Source: Candidatus Nomurabacteria bacterium (GTDB taxonomy: Bacteria; Patescibacteriota; Minisyncoccia; Phycocordibacterales; UBA9973). From it: a stretch of 64,000 bases of DNA. The notes under the pieces were generated by a model, which did not search any database, was not told where the DNA came from, and was given only the letters and a program-made list of their open reading frames with translations. The stretch is from contig JBPOHQ010000002.1 of the NCBI GenBank assembly GCA_052035405.1, positions 334 to 64,333 on the forward strand, given 5' to 3'. Positions 9,856 to 18,036 of the stretch are shown here, piece after piece; the stretch's first letter is position 1, and every line of letters begins with the position of its first letter. Both the position numbers and the translations under genes were made by a program.

Positions 9856-11295
9856 ATGCCAAAGAATACATTAGAAGATATGGTGCCAGTAAAGAGAATA
9901 AAGAGAGAGATTCTAAAAGATTCTCCTTTATTAAATAGATCAATAAAAAATAAAGATTTAAACAATGTACCGTCTTCTTTAAACACTTCTTACACAAGCT
10001 CAGTCAATTCAAAGATGAATACTGCTGCTGTTCGACCCCCTCTTCTAAGGCCTAAAGATACAAATATTAATGATATGCCTGTAAACATTCCTTTAACTTC
10101 CAACAGAAGATATACAACATATGGTGAAGATGGTGATTGCGATATAGAAGTAGAGGAGAGGGTTCGGGGAGGCGGAAGCAACCGTTATGGCATGTGGTTC
10201 ATTGCGATCATATCTATACTTTTTTTAGTCTTCTCAATTTCTTTTTTATTTGCAAAGGCTACTATCACAATTCATCCAAAAACTGAAGATTTGGTTTTAA
10301 ATAAAAATTTAACTGCCGTGAAAGACTCTCAAGAAGGACTTTCTTTTGATTTGGTAGCATTATCTGGGGAAGAGGAAAAAATAATAAAGGCTGGAGCAGA
10401 GCAAGATCTTGAAATAAAAGCTTCTGGACGAGTAGTCATTTTTAATGATTTTAGTACTTCTCCTCAGTCATTAAATGTGGATACTAGATTAGAATCATCT
10501 AAAGGTAAGTTGTATAAAACTGACGCAAAAGTAACTGTCCCAGGTAAGTCTAAAGATGGTACTCCAGGATCTATTGAGGTTGGTATTTATGCTGCTGAAG
10601 CAGGAGAAGAGTATAATAGTGGTCCAGAAGATTTTAAGATTTTTGGTTTTAAGGGTACTCCTAAATATGAAAAGTTTTATGCACGATCTAAGGGTAATAT
10701 AGCTGAAGGTTTTAAGGGTAAAGTTCGATCTGTTTCCGCAGAGGATAAATTGACAGTTTTAAATGAGCTCAAAGATTCCTTAAAGATGAAATTATCTGAA
10801 AAAGCTATAAATCAAATACCAGAAGGTTTTATTCTTTTTCCTGATGCGACTTTTTTGACTGTAGATGATGAGATAATTAATACTCATGTTGCAGGAGATA
10901 CTGTCCCGGTTACTCTAAAGGGGACTTTATATGGTTTTTTGTTTAAAGAGGAAGATTTAACTAAAGCCATCACTGCAGTATCGGTACCTGGTTACGATAA
11001 TAGTTCTACTTATATTCCAGATATCAAACAGTTTGTATTTTCTTTAACAAACAAAGTTGATTCAATGAAGGATATCAAGAATCTTAATTTCAATCTCACT
11101 GGTACATCGAAGATTATTTGGGAAGTAGACAAGAATGCTATTGTCAGTGACCTTCTAGGAAAGTCTAAAAAAGAATTTAAGACAATATTGGAAAAATATG
11201 TAAACATTGACGGGGCAGAGTTGGTTCTTCGCCCAGTGTGGAGACGGTCAATTCCTGAAGAAATTAAAAGCATTAACGTGGTTATTGAGGAATAA
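9856..11295 (+). CDS. single-pass membrane protein with a baseplate-J-like extracytoplasmic domain
   Basis: Disordered N-terminus, one TM, KASGRVVIFN...TRL...VPG...AGEEYN pattern recalled from CPR baseplate J/gp47-like proteins. Confidence 0.55.
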   Translation: MPKNTLEDMVPVKRIKREILKDSPLLNRSIKNKDLNNVPSSLNTSYTSSVNSKMNTAAVRPPLLRPKDTNINDMPVNIPLTSNRRYTTYGEDGDCDIEVEERVRGGGSNRYGMWFIAIISILFLVFSISFLFAKATITIHPKTEDLVLNKNLTAVKDSQEGLSFDLVALSGEEEKIIKAGAEQDLEIKASGRVVIFNDFSTSPQSLNVDTRLESSKGKLYKTDAKVTVPGKSKDGTPGSIEVGIYAAEAGEEYNSGPEDFKIFGFKGTPKYEKFYARSKGNIAEGFKGKVRSVSAEDKLTVLNELKDSLKMKLSEKAINQIPEGFILFPDATFLTVDDEIINTHVAGDTVPVTLKGTLYGFLFKEEDLTKAITAVSVPGYDNSSTYIPDIKQFVFSLTNKVDSMKDIKNLNFNLTGTSKIIWEVDKNAIVSDLLGKSKKEFKTILEKYVNIDGAELVLRPVWRRSIPEEIKSINVVIEE

Positions 11296-11357
11296 CACCA
11301 TTTCTAATAAGTATATTTGACGTAAGTCGATATTTTTGTTAGGATTACCTAATCTAA

Positions 11358-11579
11358 ATGAGTGATTTAAAAAATGAAAAAATCTTAACGGGAAGAGGGG
11401 TTGTTACAGAAGCCTTACCTTCTACTTTGTTTAGAGTAAAGATGGATGATGACGCAGAAATCTTAGCATATCTCGGAGGTAAAATGAGAATGCATAGAAT
11501 CAAGGTTTTAATAGGAGATTCTGTAGAAGTAGTCCTTGATCCATACGGTGGTAAAGGAAGAATTGTAAAAAGGTTGTAA
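11358..11579 (+). CDS. infA: translation initiation factor IF-1
   Basis: GxVTEALP, LAYLGGKMRMHRIKVLIGD, KGRI. Confidence 0.96.
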   Translation: MSDLKNEKILTGRGVVTEALPSTLFRVKMDDDAEILAYLGGKMRMHRIKVLIGDSVEVVLDPYGGKGRIVKRL

Positions 11580-11689
11580 TTTTTTTTAAAATAGTGTATT
11601 ATATTCATTGCGTTTAACAGATGATATAAACATTGATAAATAAGGGTATTTCCTTATTTTGTTTTCTTTTAAGCGATAAAATAATTTTT

Positions 11690-11800
11690 ATGAAAATCAG
11701 AGCATCAGTTAAAAAAATTTGCGATAATTGTAAGATGGTAAAACGCCAGAGGCATTTAAGAGTTATTTGTTCTAACCCAAAACATAAACAAAAACAATAA
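11690..11800 (+). CDS. rpmJ: 50S ribosomal protein L36 (Zn-binding form), not in the ORF track
   Basis: Manual translation [36 protein letters not shown]; lies between infA and rpsM. Confidence 0.96.
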   Translation: MKIRASVKKICDNCKMVKRQRHLRVICSNPKHKQKQ

Positions 11801-11804
11801 TTAT

Positions 11805-12188
11805 ATGATGAGAATATTAGGAATCACAGTGCCAAATGAAAAGAGATTAGAAATAGGTTTAACTTGCCTGTACGGTATCGGTATTTCAACTGCTCGCAAG
11901 ATATTAAAACAAGTTGACATTCCGTACGGAAAGAAAGCAGCGGATTTAACCCCTGACGAAGAAAATAAAATCCGTGCGATTGTTGAAAGTATCACTATAG
12001 AAGGAAATCTAAAAAGAGAAGTTTCTGCAAACATCAAAAGATTGAAAGATATTAAAAGTTACAGAGGTACACGTCACGCAAAGAGATTGCCAGTTCGTGG
12101 ACAGAGAACTAAGACAAACTCTCGAACGATTCGAGGTAATGTCAGACGTACTATGGCTTCTGGTAAGAGAAAAGAGAGTAAGACATAA
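11805..12188 (+). CDS. rpsM: 30S ribosomal protein S13
   Basis: YRGTRH..LPVRGQRTKTN. Confidence 0.97.
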   Translation: MMRILGITVPNEKRLEIGLTCLYGIGISTARKILKQVDIPYGKKAADLTPDEENKIRAIVESITIEGNLKREVSANIKRLKDIKSYRGTRHAKRLPVRGQRTKTNSRTIRGNVRRTMASGKRKESKT

Positions 12189-12200
12189 TATTTAAATTCT

Positions 12201-12632
12201 ATGGGAAAGACAAAAATCACAACTGAATCAACAAAAGAAGGAGAGGGAGAGGTAAAAGCAGCTCCAGTTAAGTCTTCAAAGAAGAAGGTAACTGCTGGTA
12301 TTTTTAATGTTGAAGCAACTTTCAATAACACAAAGGTTCTTTTTGCAGACAAGATGGGCAATACATTATTCTGGTCAAGTTCAGGATCTCTTGGTTTTAA
12401 GGGTGCAAAAAAAGGAACACCTTTCGTTGCGTCTAAAATTGGAGACCTTATTGGTGGAAAAGCTGCTGCTATCGGAGTAAAAGAAGCTGATGTTGTGGTG
12501 AGAGGAGTTGGTTCTGGAAGAGAGCCTGCAGTCAGAGCATTCATGGCTCATGGAATAGAGATAACTTCTATTAAAGACGCTACTCCAGTCCCTCACAACG
12601 GTCCAAAAGCTAAGAAGCCTCGAAGAGTTTAA
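12201..12632 (+). CDS. rpsK: 30S ribosomal protein S11
   Basis: ATFNNT, GFKGAKKGTPF, TPVPHNG. Confidence 0.97.
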   Translation: MGKTKITTESTKEGEGEVKAAPVKSSKKKVTAGIFNVEATFNNTKVLFADKMGNTLFWSSSGSLGFKGAKKGTPFVASKIGDLIGGKAAAIGVKEADVVVRGVGSGREPAVRAFMAHGIEITSIKDATPVPHNGPKAKKPRRV

Positions 12633-12658
12633 AAAAGTAAAAAAATTTTTATAACAAT

Positions 12659-13255
12659 ATGATATCAAAACCAAAGTTTAAAATTTGCAGAAGATTAGGT
12701 CCAGGAGTATATGACAAATGTCAGACTTCTAAATTTACTCCTTCTACTGGAGCAAGAGGAAATACTCGCCCTAAAGCGTTGTCTGAATACGGTGCACAGC
12801 TTGTGGAGAAGCAAAAGACTAGACTTTCTTATGGTATCACTGAAAGACAACTTTCAAACTATGTTAAAAAAGCTTCCACTGTAAAAGGTGCTGGAACTGT
12901 AGAGAAATTCTATGAACAATTAGAATCTCGTCTTGATAATGTTGTATACAGAATGGGTCTTGGAAGTAGTCGACGTGCAACACGCCAAATGGTTTCTCAC
13001 GGTCACTTCATTGTAAACGACAAGAGAGTTACTATTCCTTCTTACGAAGTAAAGAAAGGAGATGTTATTAAGATCCGAGAAGGTTCAAAAGTAAGTAAGT
13101 TATTTACTGACTTGGAGACAAGATTAAAGGATTATACAAATCCAGCATGGGTATCTTTTGATGCAAAGAAATTAGAAGGTCACGTACTAGACAAACCTAA
13201 GAACACCGAGACATTCCTTGATTTAAACGCTGTGCTCGAATTCTACAGTCGTTAG
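12659..13255 (+). CDS. rpsD: 30S ribosomal protein S4
   Basis: LESRLDNVVYR, RQMVSHGH, EFYSR. Confidence 0.97.
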   Translation: MISKPKFKICRRLGPGVYDKCQTSKFTPSTGARGNTRPKALSEYGAQLVEKQKTRLSYGITERQLSNYVKKASTVKGAGTVEKFYEQLESRLDNVVYRMGLGSSRRATRQMVSHGHFIVNDKRVTIPSYEVKKGDVIKIREGSKVSKLFTDLETRLKDYTNPAWVSFDAKKLEGHVLDKPKNTETFLDLNAVLEFYSR

Positions 13256-13308
13256 TTTGCAATTAACTTTGTTTATTTATTATTAAAAGTAAAAATTTTT
13301 ATAAAAAT

Positions 13309-14298
13309 ATGCCTGACTATAAAATAATTATACCTTCCAAACCTCGAGCTGTTTTGGAAGAGGGAAATAAGGGAGTATTTGAAATAGATGGTTTGTATCC
13401 TGGATACGGTCATACACTTGGTAATTCTCTACGAAGAATTATTCTTTCTTCATTGCCTGGTGCTAGTGTTACTTCTATTAAGATAGACGGAGTTACTCAT
13501 GAATTTCAGACTCTTGAAGGCGTAAAAGAAGATGTCATTGTTATGATTTTGAACATTAAAAAGACTCGCTTCAAAATGATAACTGATGAACCTCAAACAG
13601 TGTCTTTGTCTGTTAAAGGACCAAAGGCAGTTACTGCAGGAGATTTCAAAACTTCTGGACAAGTTGAGGTATTAAATCCAGAACTTCACATAGCAGAAGT
13701 TACAGGTAAGATTGATTTACATATTGAACTCAAATTAGAAAAAGGTCTTGGCTTCATCCCTAAGGAAATGATGCAAAAAGAAAAAGTAGAAATCGGCACA
13801 ATCGCTGTTGATGCTATTTTTACCCCTATCCGACGTGTGTCTTACGAAGTTGAAAACATGCGTGTTGGGGATAAGACAAACCACAACCGTCTTCGAATCT
13901 CTATCGAAACAGATGGAACACTTTCTCCACGTGAGGCGCTTTCACAATCAATCGTCATCATGATCAATCAATTGAAAGCTATTGTTGATTTTAAAGAGGT
14001 TGTAGAAGAGGAAGAACTTCCAAAAAAGAAAATAGCTGCTGCTCCTGAAACATCAAAAGAAAAAGATGCTGAAGATAAAGGAGGTGACGACTTCACTGAT
14101 GTGTTGAAGACCCGTATTGATGGACTTGATCTTTCTACTCGAACCCTAAATGCTCTTAATGCTGCAAATATCCGTACACTTGGCGGTCTTGCTCGCAAGA
14201 AGAGAGAAGATTTACTTGAAATAGAAGGAATCGGGGAAAAGGGAATCACTGAAATAAAAAAAGTTTTAGGTAAGTTCGGCCTTAATTTGAAAGAATAA
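13309..14298 (+). CDS. rpoA: RNA polymerase alpha subunit
   Basis: GYGHTLGNSLRRIILSSLPG; alpha-CTD LSTRTLNAL. Confidence 0.97.
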   Translation: MPDYKIIIPSKPRAVLEEGNKGVFEIDGLYPGYGHTLGNSLRRIILSSLPGASVTSIKIDGVTHEFQTLEGVKEDVIVMILNIKKTRFKMITDEPQTVSLSVKGPKAVTAGDFKTSGQVEVLNPELHIAEVTGKIDLHIELKLEKGLGFIPKEMMQKEKVEIGTIAVDAIFTPIRRVSYEVENMRVGDKTNHNRLRISIETDGTLSPREALSQSIVIMINQLKAIVDFKEVVEEEELPKKKIAAAPETSKEKDAEDKGGDDFTDVLKTRIDGLDLSTRTLNALNAANIRTLGGLARKKREDLLEIEGIGEKGITEIKKVLGKFGLNLKE

Positions 14299-14316
14299 GT
14301 TTTAATATATACACCC

Positions 14317-14670
14317 ATGAGACACCACAATAACAAAAGAAAATTCGGAAGAAATAAAAACCAGCTTAACGCATTGTTGAACTCTTTAGCTTTAAACTTA
14401 ATCGGTAAAGAAAAGATTAAGACTACTGAAGCAAAAGCAAAAGAAATCCGACCATTCGTAGAAAAGCTCGTCACTAAGGCAAAGAAAGACACACTTGCAA
14501 ACAGAAGATTAATGCTTTCTAAGCTTTTGGGTCACAACAAAGAAGTTAAGAAACTTTTTGAGGTGTTAGCTCCAAAATACATAGACAGAAAGGGTGGATA
14601 TACAAGAATCTTGAAACTTGGTGCTCGGAAGTCTGATAGTGCTGAGATGGTGTATATAGAATTTGTATAA
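14317..14670 (+). CDS. rplQ: 50S ribosomal protein L17
   Basis: MRH, IKTTEAKAKE, GGYTRI. Confidence 0.97.
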   Translation: MRHHNNKRKFGRNKNQLNALLNSLALNLIGKEKIKTTEAKAKEIRPFVEKLVTKAKKDTLANRRLMLSKLLGHNKEVKKLFEVLAPKYIDRKGGYTRILKLGARKSDSAEMVYIEFV

Positions 14671-14708
14671 TTAAGGGAAATGATTTAGTATAGAAAAATA
14701 AAAATAAC

Positions 14709-15080
14709 ATGAGCACAACACAAAAAACAATTGAAGAAGAGGTAGTAATAGATGCAAGTGGTAAGACACTCGGCCGAGTAGCAAGTGCAGCCGCTACATC
14801 ACTCATGGGTAAAGACCTTGTTTCTTTTGAGAGAAATGCATACAGTGGCCGTCCAGTGAAGATAGTAAACGCTGGAAAGATCCGCATTACAAAAAAGAAA
14901 CTAGAAGAAATTTTTCATACTCGATATTCTGGATACCCAGGAGGACTGAAGATACTCAAAGGTAGTTATACTGTTGAGAAGAAGGGATACGCAGAATTAA
15001 TAAAGCTTGCTATCTACCACATGCTTCCAGGAAATAAACTACGCAGAGAAATGGTAAAGAACTTGGTTGTCACAGAATAA
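14709..15080 (+). CDS. rplM: 50S ribosomal protein L13
   Basis: IDA...LGRVAS, SGYPGGLK, MLP. Confidence 0.95.
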   Translation: MSTTQKTIEEEVVIDASGKTLGRVASAAATSLMGKDLVSFERNAYSGRPVKIVNAGKIRITKKKLEEIFHTRYSGYPGGLKILKGSYTVEKKGYAELIKLAIYHMLPGNKLRREMVKNLVVTE

Positions 15081-15106
15081 ATTATAAACAAATTTTTAAT
15101 ACTTGA

Positions 15107-15529
15107 ATGGAAAAAAATAAATCAAAAGAAGAATACTTTGAAGGGATAGGAAGAAGAAAGACTTCCACTGCTCGTGTGCGAATCACTCCAGCTACAAAGA
15201 CTACTTTGACTGTAAATGGTAAGGATTCAAAGGAGTACTTTCACACTGAAGATGAGAGACGTCTAGTTCTCGATCCTATCATCAAAGGCCTCTCAGAATC
15301 AAAAGGAACTTCAAAATGGGAGGTGGTTGTGCATGTAAGTGGTGGAGGAGCTCATTCTCAATCAGAAGCTGTCAGGCAAGGACTCGCGAGAGCATTGATT
15401 CTTACAGATGTAGAGCTTCGAACTCCTATGAAGACTCTCGGATTCCTTAAAAGAGATCCAAGAGCAAAAGAAAGAAGAAAATTCGGACTCAAGAAAGCTC
15501 GTAAAGCTCCACAGTGGAGTAAAAGATAG
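15107..15529 (+). CDS. rpsI: 30S ribosomal protein S9
   Basis: GRRKTSTARV, RDPRAKERRKFGLKKARKAPQWSKR. Confidence 0.97.
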   Translation: MEKNKSKEEYFEGIGRRKTSTARVRITPATKTTLTVNGKDSKEYFHTEDERRLVLDPIIKGLSESKGTSKWEVVVHVSGGGAHSQSEAVRQGLARALILTDVELRTPMKTLGFLKRDPRAKERRKFGLKKARKAPQWSKR

Positions 15530-15555
15530 TAATAAGATGCTGCATAATATCTATA

Positions 15556-15592
15556 AAGCAAAAAGCACTCCAGTAAAGAGTGCTTTTTGCTT
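15556..15592 (+). terminator. intrinsic terminator after rpsI (likely bidirectional)
   Basis: AAGCAAAAAGCACTC-cagtaaa-GAGTGCTTTTTGCTT. Confidence 0.8.
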
Positions 15593-15667
15593 ACTTTAAA
15601 TTCAACATAGAAATCTTATTAGAAACTAGTTTACAGAAGGAAAAACCTATACAAAAAATTATAAAGG

Positions 15668-15886
15668 ATGTACAATATGAGTATGGGTTCACAACTTGTC
15701 GCACAAGGTAAAACTAAAAGTAATCTAGATTATCGAATTTATAATATCGATAATGTTTATACTTTGTATGTAAAAATTAGAGAGCAGTTAAACCCAACTA
15801 CCGGTATTCCAGAACCACTTTATTCTGCTTTTAGATCATTTAAAACCCTGCAAGAAGCTAAAGATTATACTACAAAGAATCTATAA
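15668..15886 (+). CDS. small hypothetical protein (start may be ATG 15683)
   Basis: 72-aa ORF; TACAAT box at 15671 lies 6 nt before ATG 15683. Confidence 0.5.
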   Translation: MYNMSMGSQLVAQGKTKSNLDYRIYNIDNVYTLYVKIREQLNPTTGIPEPLYSAFRSFKTLQEAKDYTTKNL

Positions 15887-15891
15887 AATAT

Positions 15892-16431
15892 ATGTCTCCT
15901 ACACCTGAACAAATAAGTACTGCAATAACTGCTCTCGATAAAATAACGATAGCGACCCTTGTTGTTCAGACTTTAACTACAGTTGTTTTGGCTGTAATTA
16001 CTTATTTTCAAATGAAATTAGCTGCACTTTCTGTTAAATCTATGGAAAATAGTATAAAGGCAGGATTTTTACCTATACTTATGATAAGCCTAACAAAGTA
16101 TAATTCAACTGAAAAAACTTTAGAAATAGAGTTTTCAAATTGTGGGAAAGGTATTGCATTAAGACCGACAATAGTTTTTCCAGGTCAGGATGATATTGTA
16201 AACACATCTTTAGATGTTGGCGAAAAAGGAAATTCAACAATTAATTACAGCATTGACTTTATTTTAAATAAAGTTGCAGAGGGACAGAGAAAAATAGTAG
16301 TTGAATATTTTGATGTTTTTGGTAGAAAAGTGGTTACTGAAGCTTGTTTACTTGAAATGAACGATTTTGGACCAGATGCAGATAAACGTGGAATAGGGTG
16401 GAAAGTTTGGAATCCAATTATACCAAAATAA
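15892..16431 (+). CDS. hypothetical protein with N-terminal TM
   Basis: 179-aa ORF; TM followed by a beta-rich domain. Confidence 0.6.
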   Translation: MSPTPEQISTAITALDKITIATLVVQTLTTVVLAVITYFQMKLAALSVKSMENSIKAGFLPILMISLTKYNSTEKTLEIEFSNCGKGIALRPTIVFPGQDDIVNTSLDVGEKGNSTINYSIDFILNKVAEGQRKIVVEYFDVFGRKVVTEACLLEMNDFGPDADKRGIGWKVWNPIIPK

Positions 16432-16639
16432 AATGTGTAATATAAAATATGTTATAATTTCTTCTATTGTAAATTAATAGAAGAGCTAGTTCGAATATCT
16501 AAAATTGAAGTATTACTGAAAAAGTAAAAAAATTATGTGTCTAAGTGTATTTGCTAAGCTCATGGATAATTAAAACTTTACTTTTATACTCACAAAACAC
16601 CCCTTTTTGAAGGGATGTTTTTATGTTAAGATACTACCT

Positions 16640-17236
16640 ATGAACGAGGAAGAAAAAGAAATCAAAACTGAAGAAAGTGTTATCCCAGAAACAGATGAAG
16701 AAGAAATAGTTGAATTTGAATTCAACGAAGACGGGGAAGAAGACCTAAAAAAAACTCTAAAGAAATTAAGAGCTGATTTAAAAATTGCTAAAAAAGAAAA
16801 AGAAGAATACCTGACTGGATGGCAGAAAGAGCGGGCAGACTTCGCGAATTTCAAGAAACAAGAAGAAGACCGAAAGGCGATGTTTTCAGAAGCTATGAGA
16901 GAGAGGATATTGTCTCGTTTTTTGACTGTTATTGATAGTTTCAATATGGCTTTTGCAAACAAAGAAGCTTGGGAGAAAGTAGATCCAAACTGGCGTAAAG
17001 GAGTGGAGTATATCTATTCTCAGATGCAGGGTGTATTTGAAGAATACGGAGTGAAAGCCATCGGTGAAGTAGGGGAAGCTTTTGATCCAAATATTCATGA
17101 ATCTATAGAAATGGTACAAACAGAAGAAAAAGAAAAAGAACACAAGATAGCAGTAGTTATCCAAAAAGGCTACAAGCTGGGAGACCGAGTCCTCCGTCCT
17201 GCACGAGTGAATGTGTTTGAATACAAGCAAAGATAG
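16640..17236 (+). CDS. grpE: nucleotide exchange factor GrpE
   Basis: RADFANFKK, FDPNIHE, QKGYKLGDRVLRPARV; ATG 16640 preferred. Confidence 0.95.
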   Translation: MNEEEKEIKTEESVIPETDEEEIVEFEFNEDGEEDLKKTLKKLRADLKIAKKEKEEYLTGWQKERADFANFKKQEEDRKAMFSEAMRERILSRFLTVIDSFNMAFANKEAWEKVDPNWRKGVEYIYSQMQGVFEEYGVKAIGEVGEAFDPNIHESIEMVQTEEKEKEHKIAVVIQKGYKLGDRVLRPARVNVFEYKQR

Positions 17237-17782
17237 TTAATTTTTGATTTTCTCTAAGAATATTTTTTGAGTTTCTGGGTCCAATTTATTTGTCACGATG
17301 ATCATGAGTTCAGTAGAGAGACTGAGATCTTTTTTGATATTTGTAAAAAGGTATTCGTATGGATGAGGGGATATCCAGACAGTATTTTTTATACAGATGA
17401 AGTTTGCTTTCTTTAATAAATAACGTAATGCCTCACGCTCTTTTTTCCTATTTTCTGGAAGGTCGAGAATAATTATTCTCCAGTATCCATCCCATGACGT
17501 ATTTACCAAAGTCGTCTCACTGTCGAGTTTGAGGCTGTGTACTTTCTTTTTTCCTTCACGGGTCAAGCGAGTATATTGATTTTGAGGGGAGGAGATGTGT
17601 TCAACGAGGCCGGCTTTATGGAGGCCTTTGAGAGATCGCGTGATAGCGTAGAGAGGATTTTGGGAATCATTATCAGTAGTTACCTTCTCATTGATTTCAG
17701 AGAAGGAAACAGCAGTTTTTTCACCTAGAATTTTAAGGATTTTTTTAGAATAATCTGTTTTTTTATTATCAGTCCTTGACAT
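17237..17782 (-). CDS. PaaX-like transcriptional regulator (wHTH plus Cas2-like domain)
   Basis: N-terminal HTH, LTxEG wing, WDGYWRIIILDLPE...LRxxL...NTVWISP. Confidence 0.8.
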   Translation of the reverse strand: MSRTDNKKTDYSKKILKILGEKTAVSFSEINEKVTTDNDSQNPLYAITRSLKGLHKAGLVEHISSPQNQYTRLTREGKKKVHSLKLDSETTLVNTSWDGYWRIIILDLPENRKKEREALRYLLKKANFICIKNTVWISPHPYEYLFTNIKKDLSLSTELMIIVTNKLDPETQKIFLEKIKN

Positions 17783-17812
17783 GAGTTTATAGTATCATGT
17801 ATATTACAAAAA

Positions 17813-17842
17813 ACAAGTATTTCGCGAGCACGAAATACTTGT
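17813..17842. promoter_or_regulatory. perfect 12-bp inverted repeat, candidate operator between the PaaX-like gene and dnaK
   Basis: ACAAGTATTTCG-cgagca-CGAAATACTTGT. Confidence 0.65.
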
Positions 17843-17867
17843 CAAAAAATAAAGTTTTGTTTATAAT
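17839..17867 (+). promoter_or_regulatory. sigma70-type promoter of dnaK
   Basis: TTGTCA-17 bp-TATAAT. Confidence 0.75.
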
Positions 17868-17878
17868 AGGTATGTTCT

Positions 17879-17983
17879 ATAAAAATTAGATCTTCTCAAA
17901 AAGCACACATAATTTTCTGGTGAAAATTTGCTCTGCTCGGCCCGTCGGCCTGTGCAAGGCTTTTCTTAAAGACTAATTTTTAT
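17879..17983. repeat. structured palindromic element in the dnaK 5' leader (copy 3 of the mnmA-insert family)
   Basis: Outer arms ATAAAAATTAG(A)TCTT / AAGACTAATTTTTAT; core AATTTTCTGGTGAAAATTTGCTCTGCTCGGCCCGTCGGCCTGTGCAAGGC resembles 5521-5572. Confidence 0.75.
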
Positions 17984-18036
17984 TTCACAAATTTAAAATT
18001 ATTAAATAATTACAAGTTAATTTATATAAAAAATAT

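Noticed and set aside
9856-11295. Prophage, suggested by the baseplate-J-like domain
   Set aside because: The protein has a TM anchor, sits among housekeeping genes and has no phage neighbours
12074-14887. Long antisense ORFs over ribosomal protein genes (and similar shadow ORFs elsewhere)
   Set aside because: They mirror conserved sense genes and carry no recognisable motifs
15562-15586. CIRCE-like AAAGCACTC-N7-GAGTGCTTT about 1 kb upstream of grpE
   Set aside because: The spacer is 7 rather than 9, the flanks are not TTAG/CTAA, and it sits right after rpsI with A/T tails, so it is a terminator
17237-17782. Cas2-like domain suggesting CRISPR-Cas
   Set aside because: It is fused to a wHTH (PaaX-like), and no cas1 or repeat-spacer array is seen in the window
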